From the NCBI GenBank assembly GCA_963843465.1, contig CAWJKP010000001.1:2355933-2419932 (forward strand): DNA of 64,000 nucleotides. The letters run 5' to 3'. The position numbers and the translations under genes are program-made. Every line of letters starts with the position of its first letter. Position 1 is the first letter of the stretch. The stretch comes from Pirellulales bacterium (GTDB taxonomy: Bacteria; Planctomycetota; Planctomycetia; Pirellulales; Thermoguttaceae). This document shows, one piece after another, positions 11,091-21,178 of this stretch. Below the pieces are notes generated by a model, which ran no database searches, was not told the DNA's origin, and saw only the letters and a list, made by a program, of their open reading frames with translations.

Positions 11091-11935
11091 ATGAACGGTC
11101 GCAGTTTGGCGGAGGTCTTGGCGATCGTCTGCCTCGCCTGCCCGGGTAATTGTGCTCGGGGAGACGAAGAGCAGGCGATTCCTCGAGACACGAACTTGGA
11201 GATCGTCGAGCAACGGGCAGGCGATCACGTGGTGCTCTTCGCGCGTCTGAAGGACTGCTCCGAGGCGACGATCACGCTCTCGATGAAATTGGAGAACATG
11301 GCAGCCTCTCAACCGCTGCTGCTTACCGTGGACGCCGCAGGCAGACCATGGTTTGAGCTGGTGACCCTGCGGCCGATCGATCCCCGTTTGTACCGGCGCT
11401 ACAGCTTTCGTTACGACTGGAGACCTGGCGGACGGAGCGAGATCAAACCTCGTTCGACGGTTTATTCCCTCCCTTACGTCGGCGGAAAGTATGAGGTGAT
11501 CCAGGGCTACCTGGGAGCGTTGACCCATTATCGCGGCTCGCAGAACGAATATGCGATCGACTGGGCGATGCCTGTCGGCACGAAGGTCTGTGCAGCGTGC
11601 GAGGGCACGGTGGTGGCCCTTCGCCAGGATTCGGGCGTGGGGGGCGCCGAGGAGAAATTCGCGCCTGCGACAACTATCTGATTGTCAAGCACGCGGATGG
11701 GACCTTCGCCGAATACCGGCATCTGAAAAAGGCGGGCGTGCTCGTGAAACTGGGCCAAAACGTGAAACGGCGTCAGCCCTTGGCGCTCTCGGGCAACACC
11801 GGCTATACGACCACGCCGCACCTGCACTTCGCTGTCTTCTACAACATCAATGGCAAGACGCGGAAAACCATCCCCACCCGATTCAAGACCAACGCCGGCG
11901 TCGTTGAGAGGCTGCAGCAGGGCCGCGTCTATTGA
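11091..11935 (+). CDS. M23 (LytM-type) metallopeptidase lipoprotein; apparent frameshift near 11660 at a G6 run
   Basis: Signal/lipobox MNGRSLAEVLAIVCLAC, then YAIDWAMPVGTKVCAACEGTVVA in one frame. The next frame reads DNYLIVKHADGTFAEYRHLKK...GNTGYTTTPHLHF (the HxxxD ... HxH M23 zinc motifs). Confidence 0.7.
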
Positions 11936-11968
11936 GGAGTCGTGACGCTTCTTTTGGGAGGACAAGTT

Positions 11969-12802
11969 ATGAGGAACGTCCTGATTTGGTCCGTCGTGGT
12001 TTTCGCCATGGCGGGGACTGCTTGCAACAGGGGTTACAAACCCCCGAAGCCCTCTTGGCCTACAGGCGTGCCGAAGGAGCTCGCCGTGGACCTGGGCAAC
12101 GGCGTGAGGCTGGAGATGGCGCTGATTCCCGCCGGGGAGTTCATGATGGGCTCGCCCGATGCGGACGGAAACGCCGCCAACTCGGAAAAGCCGCCGCACC
12201 GGGTTCGCATCACCAAGCCGTTTTACCTGGGCAAGTATCTGGTGACCCAGGAGCAGTGGGAAACGGTGATGGGCGGCAATCCCAGCGGATTCCAGGGGCC
12301 GAAGAACCCGGTGGAGACCGTCAGTTGGGACGATTGCCAGACATTCTTGGACAAGCTCAAGGCGAAGTCGGGCCCTGGGGGAGGGACGTTCCAGTTGCCC
12401 AGCGAGGCCCAGTGGGAATATGCCTGCCGGGCCGGAACCACGACTCGCTACTGCTTCGGGGACGAGGAACCGGGGCTGGACGAATATGGCTGGTATCGCA
12501 CGAACTCGGATAGCAAGACGCATCCCGTCGGCGAGAAGAAGCCCAACGCCTGGGGACTATACGACATGCACGGGAACGTATGGGAGTGGTGCCAGGATTG
12601 GTTTAGCGAAGGTTACTATGCGAACTCGCCGGCCGACGACCCGAGTGGGCCCACCACGGGCTCGGATCACGTGGTTCGCGGCGGTCTCTGGCGTCGCCCG
12701 GCGAGGAGCTGCCGGTCGGCGAACCGCGGCCACGTCAAGGAGCCTGGAGGCCTTGGCAACGACCTCGGCTTCCGCGTCTGCCTGGTTCCGGCGGACAAGT
12801 AG
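11969..12802 (+). CDS. Formylglycine-generating enzyme (FGE/SUMF1) family lipoprotein
   Basis: Lipoprotein signal MRNVLIWSVVVFAMAGTAC. FGE-domain hallmarks are present: GSPDADGNAANSEKPPHRVRITKPFYLGKYLVTQEQW, WEYACRAGTTTRY, GLYDMHGNVWEWCQDW, RGG.W. Confidence 0.75.
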   Translation: MRNVLIWSVVVFAMAGTACNRGYKPPKPSWPTGVPKELAVDLGNGVRLEMALIPAGEFMMGSPDADGNAANSEKPPHRVRITKPFYLGKYLVTQEQWETVMGGNPSGFQGPKNPVETVSWDDCQTFLDKLKAKSGPGGGTFQLPSEAQWEYACRAGTTTRYCFGDEEPGLDEYGWYRTNSDSKTHPVGEKKPNAWGLYDMHGNVWEWCQDWFSEGYYANSPADDPSGPTTGSDHVVRGGLWRRPARSCRSANRGHVKEPGGLGNDLGFRVCLVPADK

Positions 12803-12974
12803 GGCAAACGGCATCCAATATCGCCTGACCGACGCCGGACAACAGCTTCGCCAACGAGTTGGTGACCGAGGCCGCCCGGCTTTCCATCACCCACTGCGGC
12901 CGCCACGTGGCGATCGACTACCTGGGCACGCCCAGCGTGAGTTTTCGGGAGTAGGGGTCGGGGGACGGTGAGAG

Positions 12975-13070
12975 GTAGGGTGAGTCAAGGCCGCTCTGGC
13001 GGCCGCGGCCCCACCACCAACCGGCGAAACTGGTGGGGCTGCAATCGCTCACGCGACCTTGACCCACCCT
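12975..13070. repeat. Palindromic repeat family C (GTAGGGTGRGWCAAGGCCGC...GCGGCCGC...CCACC)
   Basis: Copies or half-copies at 12975-13070, 14342-14400, 18440-18485, 29450-29500 and 38471-38570. Confidence 0.45.
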
Positions 13071-13278
13071 TAGCCAATACTTGAACCGTTCTCAAGATTC
13101 ATTTTACCCCCCCCACAACAAACCTAGCCAATCTAACTATTCAACCCATTTTGCCGCTTGAAAAATCCCCCGTTACGCAATAGGATGGAGTTCCGCAACC
13201 CTGCAGGGAAGTGGAAGCTCAGCGCGGGATTTGCTGGTTCACGTTCACATCTCAAGTCTCAAGACACGTGAGAATCCC

Positions 13279-14301
13279 ATGAAGAAGCGTTATCTGGCGA
13301 AGCGGCGACTGCGGTTCGAGGATTTGGAAGCACGTTTGACGATGTCCGCCACGGCGGCCGTGCACCTGCCTGTGGCCATCCCAGCGCAACCGGTTGCCGC
13401 TGTGCCGTCCGGGGCAGCCCTGCTGTCGAGCGAGAAGGCCGCGCTAGCCTTTCTGTCGAGCGAGAAGGCCGCGAGTCCAGTGGCCGGAAAGACCCCCAAG
13501 ATCGTCAACAACTACGAGGACGCGGGCTGGGCGGGAGTGGAGGTCGACGACCTGAGAACCAACTACAACCCAGAGTCCGGCGGTGACGCGGCGCAGGCCG
13601 TCCAAGCTACCTGGAACGTGCCAACCATCGTGCCAACACTTCTGAGCTATGAGATAGTGTCCAACTGGGTTGGCATTGGCGGCGGTCACTTGTCCTTGTC
13701 GCCAAGTGACGTGCCCGGGAACCTGGTCCAGATCGGAACCTACGAACAGACCTACAACGGCATGCCCAACTATGCCGCCTTTTGGGAAGTGGTTGGCGGG
13801 CATGCGGACACCGGGGCCTCGTTGACGATCGGTGCCATGTGGATCAGCCCGGGCGACCAGATGTCCGCGCAGGTCACGCCAACGGGCAGCCAGAGCTACA
13901 GCCTGCAAATCACCGACGTGTCGAAGCAAATCTTGGTCGCAGTGTTGAACCAAGTGTACCGCCTCAACCTCCCCTCGGCTCTTTACACGTTCTCCACCTC
14001 GGTGAAGAACGAAAATGGCGTCGTGGCGCCCGGCGCGACGGTAACCAGCGCCGAGATGATCACTGCCGAGGCCCCGAACTTCGCTCAGTACCCCCTTCCC
14101 GATTTCGGCGCCGTCATCGCCAATGCCTACCTGCAGACGAACCCGAGCACTTGGACCCCCTTTGGCTCGGTGAACGGTTACTTGGTCGACGACATCATCT
14201 CGAGCGACCCGAACAACACGCTTGGAACGCGGACGTTCACCGTTGGTTTTCCGAATTCGGGTTTGGCGTTGATCGTGACCATTTTTATCGACTCCAATTA
14301 G
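13279..14301 (+). CDS. Secreted protein with a Planctomycete-type N-terminal export motif; possible eqolisin (peptidase G1)-like fold
   Basis: N-terminus MKKRYLAKRRLRFEDLEARLTMSA. The body carries DAGWAGVEV, ATWNVPTIVPT and NWVGIGGG segments reminiscent of the NWAGA / TFxVP / AWVGIDG motifs of glutamic peptidases. This is a weak, motif-level call. It is preceded by an unusually AT-rich 200 bp. Confidence 0.45.
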   Translation: MKKRYLAKRRLRFEDLEARLTMSATAAVHLPVAIPAQPVAAVPSGAALLSSEKAALAFLSSEKAASPVAGKTPKIVNNYEDAGWAGVEVDDLRTNYNPESGGDAAQAVQATWNVPTIVPTLLSYEIVSNWVGIGGGHLSLSPSDVPGNLVQIGTYEQTYNGMPNYAAFWEVVGGHADTGASLTIGAMWISPGDQMSAQVTPTGSQSYSLQITDVSKQILVAVLNQVYRLNLPSALYTFSTSVKNENGVVAPGATVTSAEMITAEAPNFAQYPLPDFGAVIANAYLQTNPSTWTPFGSVNGYLVDDIISSDPNNTLGTRTFTVGFPNSGLALIVTIFIDSN

Positions 14302-14341
14302 CCCATCGTTGCCGCGCAGGTCAGGCTCTGGTGGGCTAGAT

Positions 14342-14400
14342 GTAGGGTGGGTCAAGGCCGCTTTGGCGGCCGCAGCCCCACCATCAACCGGCGAAACTGA
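14342..14400. repeat. Palindromic repeat family C copy
   Basis: TGTAGGGTGGGTCAAGGCCGCTTTGGCGGCCGCAGCCCCACC. Confidence 0.4.
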
Positions 14401-14462
14401 AAGCGGAACTGTACGCACAACCGGGCCGACACGGCCCGGCTCTGATCACCGGCCACTGACCA

Positions 14463-15560
14463 CTAGCCGCCAGCGTTCTCCTCCAGCGGCCCGCCCGGCT
14501 TCTCCAGGCCGTAATCGTGCAGCTTCTTGTGCAGCGTGTTGCGGTTGATGCCCAGCCGGGCGGCGGCCTTGATCTGCACGCTCTCGCAGGCGGCCATCAC
14601 CTGCGTGATCAGCTCCCGCTCGACGCGATCGACGATCTTGGCGTGGAGGTTGTCCTCTTGCGGACCGGCGTGGGCCAAGCCCTGCTCGACCAGCTCGGAA
14701 ACCAGGGTCTCCAGGTCGGCGTTGCGGCGCCGGCCGATCCGCGGGGGCTTGCCGCCGCGGACTTGCTCGGGCAGGAGATCCCAGGTCAGCTCGTCGCCCG
14801 GGGCCAGCACCACGGCCCGCTCGACGTAGTTCTGCAACTCGCGGACGTTTCCCGGCCAGCCGTAGGCCTGGAGGGCCTCCATCGCGCGACGCTCGACGTG
14901 GGGCACGTGGCGGTTGTCTTCCTGGTTGTAGATCCGCAGAAAATGGCCCACCAGCTCGGGGATGTCCTCGCGGCGGTCGCGCAGGGGCGGCAGGTAGATG
15001 GTGATCACGTTGAGGCGATAGAAGAGGTCCTCGCGGAACCGCGACTCCTCGACCTCCTCCAGCAGATCGCGGTTGCTGGCGGCGATGACCCGCGTGTCGA
15101 CGCGGATCGTCTGCGTGTCGCCCACCCGCTCGAACTCGTGCTCCTGCAAGACCCGCAGCAGCTTGACCTGGAGCTTGGCGGTGGTGGAATTGATCTCGTC
15201 CAAAAAGACGGTGCCGGTATGGGCCGCCTCGAAGCGGCCGGTGCGGTTGTCGATGGCCCCGGTGAACGACCCGCGAACATGGCCGAAAAGCTCGCTTTCC
15301 AGCAGGTTCTCCGCCAGCGCCCCGCAATTGACGCGGATGAAAGGGCCGCTCCCGCGGGGACTGAGCTGATGGATCGCCTTGGCGATGAGTTCCTTCCCCG
15401 TACCGGTCTCGCCCAGCAGCAGGATCGAGGCGTTGGACTGGGCCACCTTGCGGGTCAGGCGGTAGACCTCTTCCATGACCGGGCCCGAGCCGATGAGCCC
15501 CGGAATGGGCGGCCCGGTCTCGCTGTGGACAGACGCAATCGGGGGGGGGCGACTCATCAA
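14463..15560 (-). CDS. Sigma-54-dependent transcriptional activator (AAA+ central domain + Fis-type HTH, no receiver domain)
   Basis: Walker A GETGTGKELIAKAIH, GAFTGA-equivalent (GSFTGA), arginine finger region, and C-terminal HTH (AAARLGINRNTLHKKLHDYGL). Confidence 0.8.
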   Translation of the reverse strand: MMSRPPPIASVHSETGPPIPGLIGSGPVMEEVYRLTRKVAQSNASILLLGETGTGKELIAKAIHQLSPRGSGPFIRVNCGALAENLLESELFGHVRGSFTGAIDNRTGRFEAAHTGTVFLDEINSTTAKLQVKLLRVLQEHEFERVGDTQTIRVDTRVIAASNRDLLEEVEESRFREDLFYRLNVITIYLPPLRDRREDIPELVGHFLRIYNQEDNRHVPHVERRAMEALQAYGWPGNVRELQNYVERAVVLAPGDELTWDLLPEQVRGGKPPRIGRRRNADLETLVSELVEQGLAHAGPQEDNLHAKIVDRVERELITQVMAACESVQIKAAARLGINRNTLHKKLHDYGLEKPGGPLEENAGG

Positions 15561-15941
15561 CTCGTCAGCAAACGAGGTCCCCTCTCCCTCCGGGAGAGGG
15601 TAAGGGTGAGGGGGAACTGGTCAGAGGCTCTGGATCTTGGCATGGTCCAAACCACAGTAACACTCCCGCGCCCAAATGTTGATGGATCGAACCAGGCCCC
15701 TATTCTTATATCCGATTCCTCCGCCAGCCGGTAGGTGGGGTCGGGGGGCGGGGCGCGGGGGAATTATGGCGCCGAACGCGGTACGCTGAACGCCATCGCG
15801 GGGTCGATCGCAAATTACGCGGCTGCTTGGGGACGCCGCGCACTTCGACGCGCCCGATCGCCTCCCCCGGCGGTTTCGTTTTTTCCCGCGACTTCGGCTC
15901 ACAACCCCGTCGGTTTCCCGTCCCCCGTCCCCCGGCCCCCA

Positions 15942-18314
15942 TTATTGCGCCTTGGGCTTGGCGGCGGCCGCCCTTGCCTTGGCGGCTCGCTGGGCCTCCG
16001 GGCTGGCCGTCGCCTGCAGCCGCCGGGCGGGGGCCTCCAGGGCGTCGAGGATCTGGCCGAAGATTTGCCGGCTTTCTGCATCCATTTCCGCACTCTGGTT
16101 GTAGCGGTCATATTGCAAGCGGATGGCGTCCGTCGTCAACAGGATCCCATATTTCTTGGTGCTGCAACGGAAGGCGGCCAAGGCGGCCTGGCGAACCGCA
16201 AACGGAAGCGTCGTCCGGCTGGCCTGGTCGACCAGGGCCTTCTGGCTGCGTGCCGAGCCCAAGTCGCCCAGAGCGACGGCGGAGCGGACCGCCAGCTCGG
16301 GCACCCCCTGGGCGGCAAGAATCGCCGGCTCGTAGCGGCGAACGTCGAAGATGGTCACCGGCGAGGCCGCCAGGTCCTGGAGCATGGCCAAGGCCGCAGC
16401 CGCCTCCTGCCCGCGCTCCGCCAACCGCACCGCCGACCTCCCCGCCAGGGACAGGACCTGCTCCACTTCGTCTTTGGCGTCCTGTTGGCGGTGCGGCCGG
16501 ATCAGGGCCAGACCCAAGGAATCCTCGCCGACCAACCGTTTGGCGCGATCCATCTGGCCATCGCGGGCGACCACGCCCACGGGCAACAGCGCGCTGCGGC
16601 AGTCGTGCCTAAGCTGCTGGAGCAGGATATCGACGCTCGGCTCTTGCAGCGAGGCGGCCACCAGGGCCACCTCGTAATCGGGGCAGTCGATCGCCATGCG
16701 GACCACCTCGCGGCCGCGCGTGGCCGTATCGACTTGGTAGCCCATCGCCGAGAGGTAACCGCCGACGCGACGGGCCTCCTCGCTCGACAGATCGGCCACC
16801 ACGGCCCGCGGCCGGCCGCGGGTGTTGATCAGAAAGGCCAGGGCCTCGGTGACCTGGTTCGAGCCGGCAAAAGGCTGCGTCGGTTTGAGCCGCAGGATCG
16901 CCTCGGCAGCGGCCAGGCGGAGACGGCGATCAGGATTTCGCGTGGCCTCGACCAGCGGGCCGGGAAGGGCGCTGCGGTACAACAACTGGTCCGCCGAGCC
17001 CACCTTGCCCAGAAGCCGAGCGGCCGCTGCCGCCGCGGCCGGATGCCCGTCTTTGACCGCCAAGGCCAAGACGCTTTCCAGCACGTGCGGTCCGAACGAC
17101 GCTGCCGTGGCCGCTGGTGTGCCCTTCTCCGACGGCAGCGGGCTGCCCAGCCCGTTGGCGAACGAGGCCTCTTCGAGCATCGTCGCCAAGTAGACCAGTC
17201 GCACGCTTTCATCATCCGGCCGCACGGCGTAGGCCCCGCGGGCAAAGCGGGCGGCCAGCATTCGCCGGGCATCGTCGACCGGCACGCGGTGGGCCACGGG
17301 GCCGCGGGCCGCCTCGTCCCAGGCCCAGATCTCCAATTGCCCGTCGATGTCCTCGTGGAGCGGATGCCGGTGGTTGAAATACTCGCCCGCCCGTTGGGCC
17401 AAACGCTGCCCGGCCTCGGCCCGGCTGGGCAACTGGCCCAGCAGGCTTTGCAGCGCGTCGCCAGCCGCTTTGCGGACTGCGGCGTCGCTTTGCGCCGAGG
17501 CGTAAGGGGCCAGGAGGAAGTCGGCCGCGGCCTGGGCCTTCAGCGCGCCGAGCATCTCGGCGGCCCTGACCGCAATCCGCGGGTTCTCGCACTCCAGGGC
17601 GCCGACCAGCGGGCGGACGGCGTCGCCGCTCAGCCGCAGGAGCACGGCTTTTGCGTTGCCCTGCTCGACCGCGCGGGCGGGGTCGGCCAACACCGCCAAC
17701 AGCGGACCGACCGCCGCACCCCGCGCCTGGGCCAGCGATTCGGCGGCCGCGTAACGGGCGTCGGGCGACGGGTCCTGGAGCCGGTGGATCAAGGCCTCCA
17801 GCTTCTGGGGATCCCGGCTCTCACGCTCCGCCGCATCCAGGGCCAGCGCGGCCAGTTGCTTGCCCTCGGGACTCAAGTCGGCGCGGCCCGCCATCGCGGT
17901 GAACATCGCCGACCCGTATTGCTCGACCATCGCCGCCAACTGCTTCTGCCCCGGTTCCGCGGCCAGCACTCGACGGAGAAAGCCCTTGGCCAGGTCCGGA
18001 CGGCCCAGGTCGGCCAGGATCTTGGCCGAGCGGGTCAACTCCTCGGGCGTGCGGGGATTGTTGGCCAGGATCGCCTCGACCCCCGGGTTGGGAACTTCGA
18101 TCACGGGGATGGTGTCATCGCCGGCCTTAGGCGCGGGGGCCGCCTTGGGAGCCGCGGCGGCTGCGGCCGCCTTCTTCGCCGGTTTCTTGGCCGGCGCTTC
18201 CTCCTGGGCACAAAGCCGTCCCGGGATGGCGAGCATCAACACCGCCGCCAGACAAGCGACGAACGTCCGTCGAGCTAAATCCATAAGTCGTCTCGCTCTC
18301 GTAGCGTGAACCAC
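15942..18314 (-). CDS. Exported HEAT-repeat (PBS-lyase-like) protein
   Basis: 790 aa with signal peptide (MDLARRTFVACLAAVLMLAIPGRLCAQ) and a Lys/Ala-rich linker. Numerous repeats of the form ...DPSPDARYAAAESLAQARGAAVGPLLAVLADP... are typical of HEAT_2 repeats. The opposite-strand 847-aa ORF is rejected as an antisense artefact. Confidence 0.6.
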   Translation of the reverse strand: MVHATRARRLMDLARRTFVACLAAVLMLAIPGRLCAQEEAPAKKPAKKAAAAAAAPKAAPAPKAGDDTIPVIEVPNPGVEAILANNPRTPEELTRSAKILADLGRPDLAKGFLRRVLAAEPGQKQLAAMVEQYGSAMFTAMAGRADLSPEGKQLAALALDAAERESRDPQKLEALIHRLQDPSPDARYAAAESLAQARGAAVGPLLAVLADPARAVEQGNAKAVLLRLSGDAVRPLVGALECENPRIAVRAAEMLGALKAQAAADFLLAPYASAQSDAAVRKAAGDALQSLLGQLPSRAEAGQRLAQRAGEYFNHRHPLHEDIDGQLEIWAWDEAARGPVAHRVPVDDARRMLAARFARGAYAVRPDDESVRLVYLATMLEEASFANGLGSPLPSEKGTPAATAASFGPHVLESVLALAVKDGHPAAAAAAARLLGKVGSADQLLYRSALPGPLVEATRNPDRRLRLAAAEAILRLKPTQPFAGSNQVTEALAFLINTRGRPRAVVADLSSEEARRVGGYLSAMGYQVDTATRGREVVRMAIDCPDYEVALVAASLQEPSVDILLQQLRHDCRSALLPVGVVARDGQMDRAKRLVGEDSLGLALIRPHRQQDAKDEVEQVLSLAGRSAVRLAERGQEAAAALAMLQDLAASPVTIFDVRRYEPAILAAQGVPELAVRSAVALGDLGSARSQKALVDQASRTTLPFAVRQAALAAFRCSTKKYGILLTTDAIRLQYDRYNQSAEMDAESRQIFGQILDALEAPARRLQATASPEAQRAAKARAAAAKPKAQ

Positions 18315-18329
18315 TGTCGGGCAGGAATG

Positions 18330-18485
18330 CCCAACCTACAGCCACCGTAGGATGGGCATTCCTGCCCGTCGCTCCACTCCGGTCTTGAAACAGCCTGGTA
18401 GGCTATGCTTCAGCATAACAGCCCAGAGCAGAGTGGACTTGGTGGGCCGGCGCTCGCTCGCGCGAGCTTGTCCCACCCTACTCTG
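18330..18485. repeat. Cluster of palindromic repeats (family D GGGCAGGAATGCCCA...TGGGCATTCCTGCCC; family C half-copy; TTATGCTnnAGCATAA palindromes)
   Basis: Family D also occurs at 35085-35190. The GTTATGCTAAAGCATAAC-type 18-mer palindromes also occur at 18403, 18502, 29733, 40328 and 40362. Confidence 0.4.
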
Positions 18486-18517
18486 CGCCTCGGGATTCCG
18501 TTATGCTAAAGCATAAC

Positions 18518-19933
18518 CTACTGCTTTACCTTCTGTTTCCATCGCTGGATTTGCTCCCGGACCTGCTGCGGGCCCGTCAAGCCGTAGCTTTGCATCGCTT
18601 GCACCGCCTGCGGGGCTCCCAAGACCGCGTACACCTCCGCGTCCAGGCCGGCGTGCGCCTCGCGGAACTCCTCCAGCGAAAGACCGGCCAACGGCACGCC
18701 TCGATCAATCGCCTTGCGGACCAGCCGGCCGACCAGGTCGTGGGCGGTCCGCTGGGGAACGCCTCGGCGGATGAGATACTCCATCAGCGTCGTGGCATCG
18801 AGATATCCTTGCTCCAGCCGTTGGGCGATCGCCGGCCGCAACAACTCGGCCCCCGCCACCAGCGGCACCGCCACCTCCAGGCAGGCCCGGACCGTGTCGA
18901 AGGCGTCGAACACCGGCGGCTTGTCCTCCTGCAGATCGCGGTTGTAGGCCAGCGGCAGTCCCTTGACCAGCACCAGGAGCGTCTGCAGGTGGCCGATTAC
19001 CCTCGCCGTCTTGCCGCGGATCAATTCCAGCACGTCGGGATTGATCTTTTGGGGCATGATCGACGAGCCGGTGCAAAAGGCCTGGGGCAGTTTGAGGAAG
19101 CCGAACTCGATGGTGGACCAGAGGATCCACTCCTCGGCCCAGGTGCTCAGATGTTCGGCGATCATCGCCAGTGCGAAGGTGAACTCCAGCAAGAAATCCC
19201 GGTCGCTGGAGATGTCCAGGCTGTTGGCGGCTACCCCCTCGAACCCCAGCCGCCGGGCGACGTCGAAGCGGTCGATCGGCAGGCTCGTTCCGGCCAGGGC
19301 GGCCGCGCCGAGGCTGAGCACGTTGGTTCGGCGGCGGCAGTCTGCCAGCCGGCCCCGGTCGCGGTCGAATTTCTCACAATAGGCAAGCCAATAGTGCGGC
19401 GCAAGCACCGGCTGCGCCCGTCGCGTATGGGTGTAGCCGGGCAGGATCACGTCGTAGTCGGCGTCGCAGCGGCCGACAAAGGCCCGTTGCAGATCGACCA
19501 GCCGCCGATCGATCTCGTCGATGGACTGGCGGACCCAGAGCCGCATGTCGGTGGCCACCTGGTCGTTGCGGCTGCGGGCGGTGTGCAGCTTGCGGCCAAC
19601 GTCGCCGATCCGTTGGATCAGCGCCCGCTCGATGTGCATGTGGATGTCTTCCAACTCCGTCGAGAAGCGGAAGCGGCCCTCGTCGATCTCCTTTTGGATC
19701 GCGTCGAGTGCCTGTTGGATCTGCCGGCACTCCTCGGGGCTGATCAGCCCGACGGCGGCAAGCATTTGGGCGTGGGCCAGCGAGCCTTGGATATCGTGCG
19801 CGGAGAGACGGCGGTCGAAGCTCACGCTTTCGGTGAACTCCTCGACCCGATGATCGGTCGCCTCTTGAAAGACGCCTCCCCATGCCTTCTCTGTCACGAA
19901 GCGACTCCCCGAATGGGTTGGATAGCTCGACAA
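18518..19933 (-). CDS. argH: Argininosuccinate lyase
   Basis: The full-length match to the fumarase/aspartase-fold lyase family includes WGGRF..., the S-S-x-MPQKxN catalytic loop ([12 protein letters not shown]) and ...[12 protein letters not shown]... Confidence 0.9.
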   Translation of the reverse strand: MSSYPTHSGSRFVTEKAWGGVFQEATDHRVEEFTESVSFDRRLSAHDIQGSLAHAQMLAAVGLISPEECRQIQQALDAIQKEIDEGRFRFSTELEDIHMHIERALIQRIGDVGRKLHTARSRNDQVATDMRLWVRQSIDEIDRRLVDLQRAFVGRCDADYDVILPGYTHTRRAQPVLAPHYWLAYCEKFDRDRGRLADCRRRTNVLSLGAAALAGTSLPIDRFDVARRLGFEGVAANSLDISSDRDFLLEFTFALAMIAEHLSTWAEEWILWSTIEFGFLKLPQAFCTGSSIMPQKINPDVLELIRGKTARVIGHLQTLLVLVKGLPLAYNRDLQEDKPPVFDAFDTVRACLEVAVPLVAGAELLRPAIAQRLEQGYLDATTLMEYLIRRGVPQRTAHDLVGRLVRKAIDRGVPLAGLSLEEFREAHAGLDAEVYAVLGAPQAVQAMQSYGLTGPQQVREQIQRWKQKVKQ

Positions 19934-19942
19934 CGCGTCAAC

Positions 19943-19959
19943 CTATTTACTCTAAATAG
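19943..19959. promoter_or_regulatory. Perfect AT-rich inverted repeat CTATTTA-ctc-TAAATAG in the argH / ATPase-cassette divergent intergenic region (candidate operator)
   Basis: Only 7-3-7 perfect palindrome of this AT content in a 68% GC context. It lies 10-25 bp upstream of the argH start. Confidence 0.3.
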
Positions 19960-20086
19960 CTTACGTCACGTTGTCAACGTGAAGCCCCAGAGACGGGTGG
20001 TGCCATGGACCATTCTTGGCAGGCGTCGTGCCGGTTTGGTAGAATCCGGGCGCGGGGCGACTTTTGAGGATCGTGGAGCTTCAGCC

Positions 20087-21175
20087 ATGAGGGTGGATAG
20101 ACTGACACTCAAGGATTTTACGGTTTTCAGCGAGGCGAAGTTCGAATTCTCGCCCGGGCTGAACGTCCTCATCGGGGCCAACGGAACGGGGAAGTCGCAT
20201 GTGCTGAAAGCGCTTTTTAGCATCACGAAATCGATGCCGGTCGCGGGGGTATTCGTCGCAGCCGCGGTCAATCCGGTTTTCGACATCCGCGAGGCACTGG
20301 GGGTGCCCATTTTGAATAAGTTAAAGAGGACGTTCCGACCGGAACCAAGTCAGTCATCCCTTGCCTCTTTGATCCGACACGGGGAACACATCGCGGATAT
20401 TGCCGCCCATGGCGATTTCGGGACCACCGCAATCGCGTTCAGCGGCCATGATGCAAGTACCAGCTTTCCAGCATTCACACCGCCGAGGGGCTTTGCGGTG
20501 TTCGTCCCTGCCAGCGAGGCGCTTTCGATGTACCCTGGTTTCATCGCGGCCTACGAGCGTCGCGAGCTGTCGTTTGACGAGACCTTCCGCGACCTGTGCG
20601 TGGATTTTTCCGCAAACCCGCTCCACTCCATTGCCCCACCTGTTTTGGCGGATCTGGTTGCCAAATTGGACGATGCGGTTGGCGGCAAGACCGTGCTTCG
20701 TGGCGACAGGTTCTACGTGTCGGTTTCGGAGGATTGGCTACTTGAAGCGCCTATGTTGGCGGAAGGACTTCGGAAGCTCGCAACGGTAGCGCATCTGATT
20801 CGCAATGGCTCACTCGCCCAAGGGGGCGTGCTTTTCTGGGACGAGCCGGAAACCAACCTGAATCCAAGGCTCATTTCCAAGATAGCACACTCGCTTTTGG
20901 CGCTAGCCGCTGCGGGCATCCAAGTCTTCGTCGCCACGCATGATTACCTCCTGACAAACGAGCTTTCGTTGGTGGCCGAGTATGGGACTCCGGAAGCGAC
21001 GGCTGCCAAGCCGCAGTTCTTTTGCTTGTCCCAACCGGGCCCGCGCGAGCCAGTCCAGGTCGAGTGCGGCGACACGATTGCCGACCTTCACACGAACCCG
21101 ATCTTGGAGGAATTCGCCGCTCATTACGACAGAGAACAGAGGCTGTTCGCCGAGAGGCAGCCATCGGAGGAGTAG
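20087..21175 (+). CDS. AAA_15/AAA_21-type (ABC/SMC-like) ATPase, defence-system-like
   Basis: MRVDRLTLKDFTVFSEAKFEFSPGLNVLIGANGTGKSHVLKALF is the N-terminal Walker A architecture typical of OLD/PtuA/AriA/GajA-like ATPases. Walker B GVLFWDEPETNLNP. Signature-like MLAEGLRKL. H-loop VFVATHD. Local GC is visibly lower than the neighbours. The upstream ~1.6 kb of the listed 890-aa ORF is antisense argH and is rejected. Confidence 0.75.
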   Translation: MRVDRLTLKDFTVFSEAKFEFSPGLNVLIGANGTGKSHVLKALFSITKSMPVAGVFVAAAVNPVFDIREALGVPILNKLKRTFRPEPSQSSLASLIRHGEHIADIAAHGDFGTTAIAFSGHDASTSFPAFTPPRGFAVFVPASEALSMYPGFIAAYERRELSFDETFRDLCVDFSANPLHSIAPPVLADLVAKLDDAVGGKTVLRGDRFYVSVSEDWLLEAPMLAEGLRKLATVAHLIRNGSLAQGGVLFWDEPETNLNPRLISKIAHSLLALAAAGIQVFVATHDYLLTNELSLVAEYGTPEATAAKPQFFCLSQPGPREPVQVECGDTIADLHTNPILEEFAAHYDREQRLFAERQPSEE

Positions 21176-21178
21176 CGC

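Noticed and set aside
15735-18278. 847-aa plus-strand ORF
   Set aside because: Antisense to the HEAT-repeat gene. Arg/Gly/Pro/Gln-dominated low-complexity translation. No start context.
18503-20086. 5' portion of the 890-aa plus-strand ORF 18503-21175
   Set aside because: The first ~1.58 kb is the antisense strand of argH, and its R/G/P-rich translation is typical of high-GC shadow ORFs. The genuine gene (ATPase) begins at the ATG at 20087, where a canonical Walker-A N-terminus starts.
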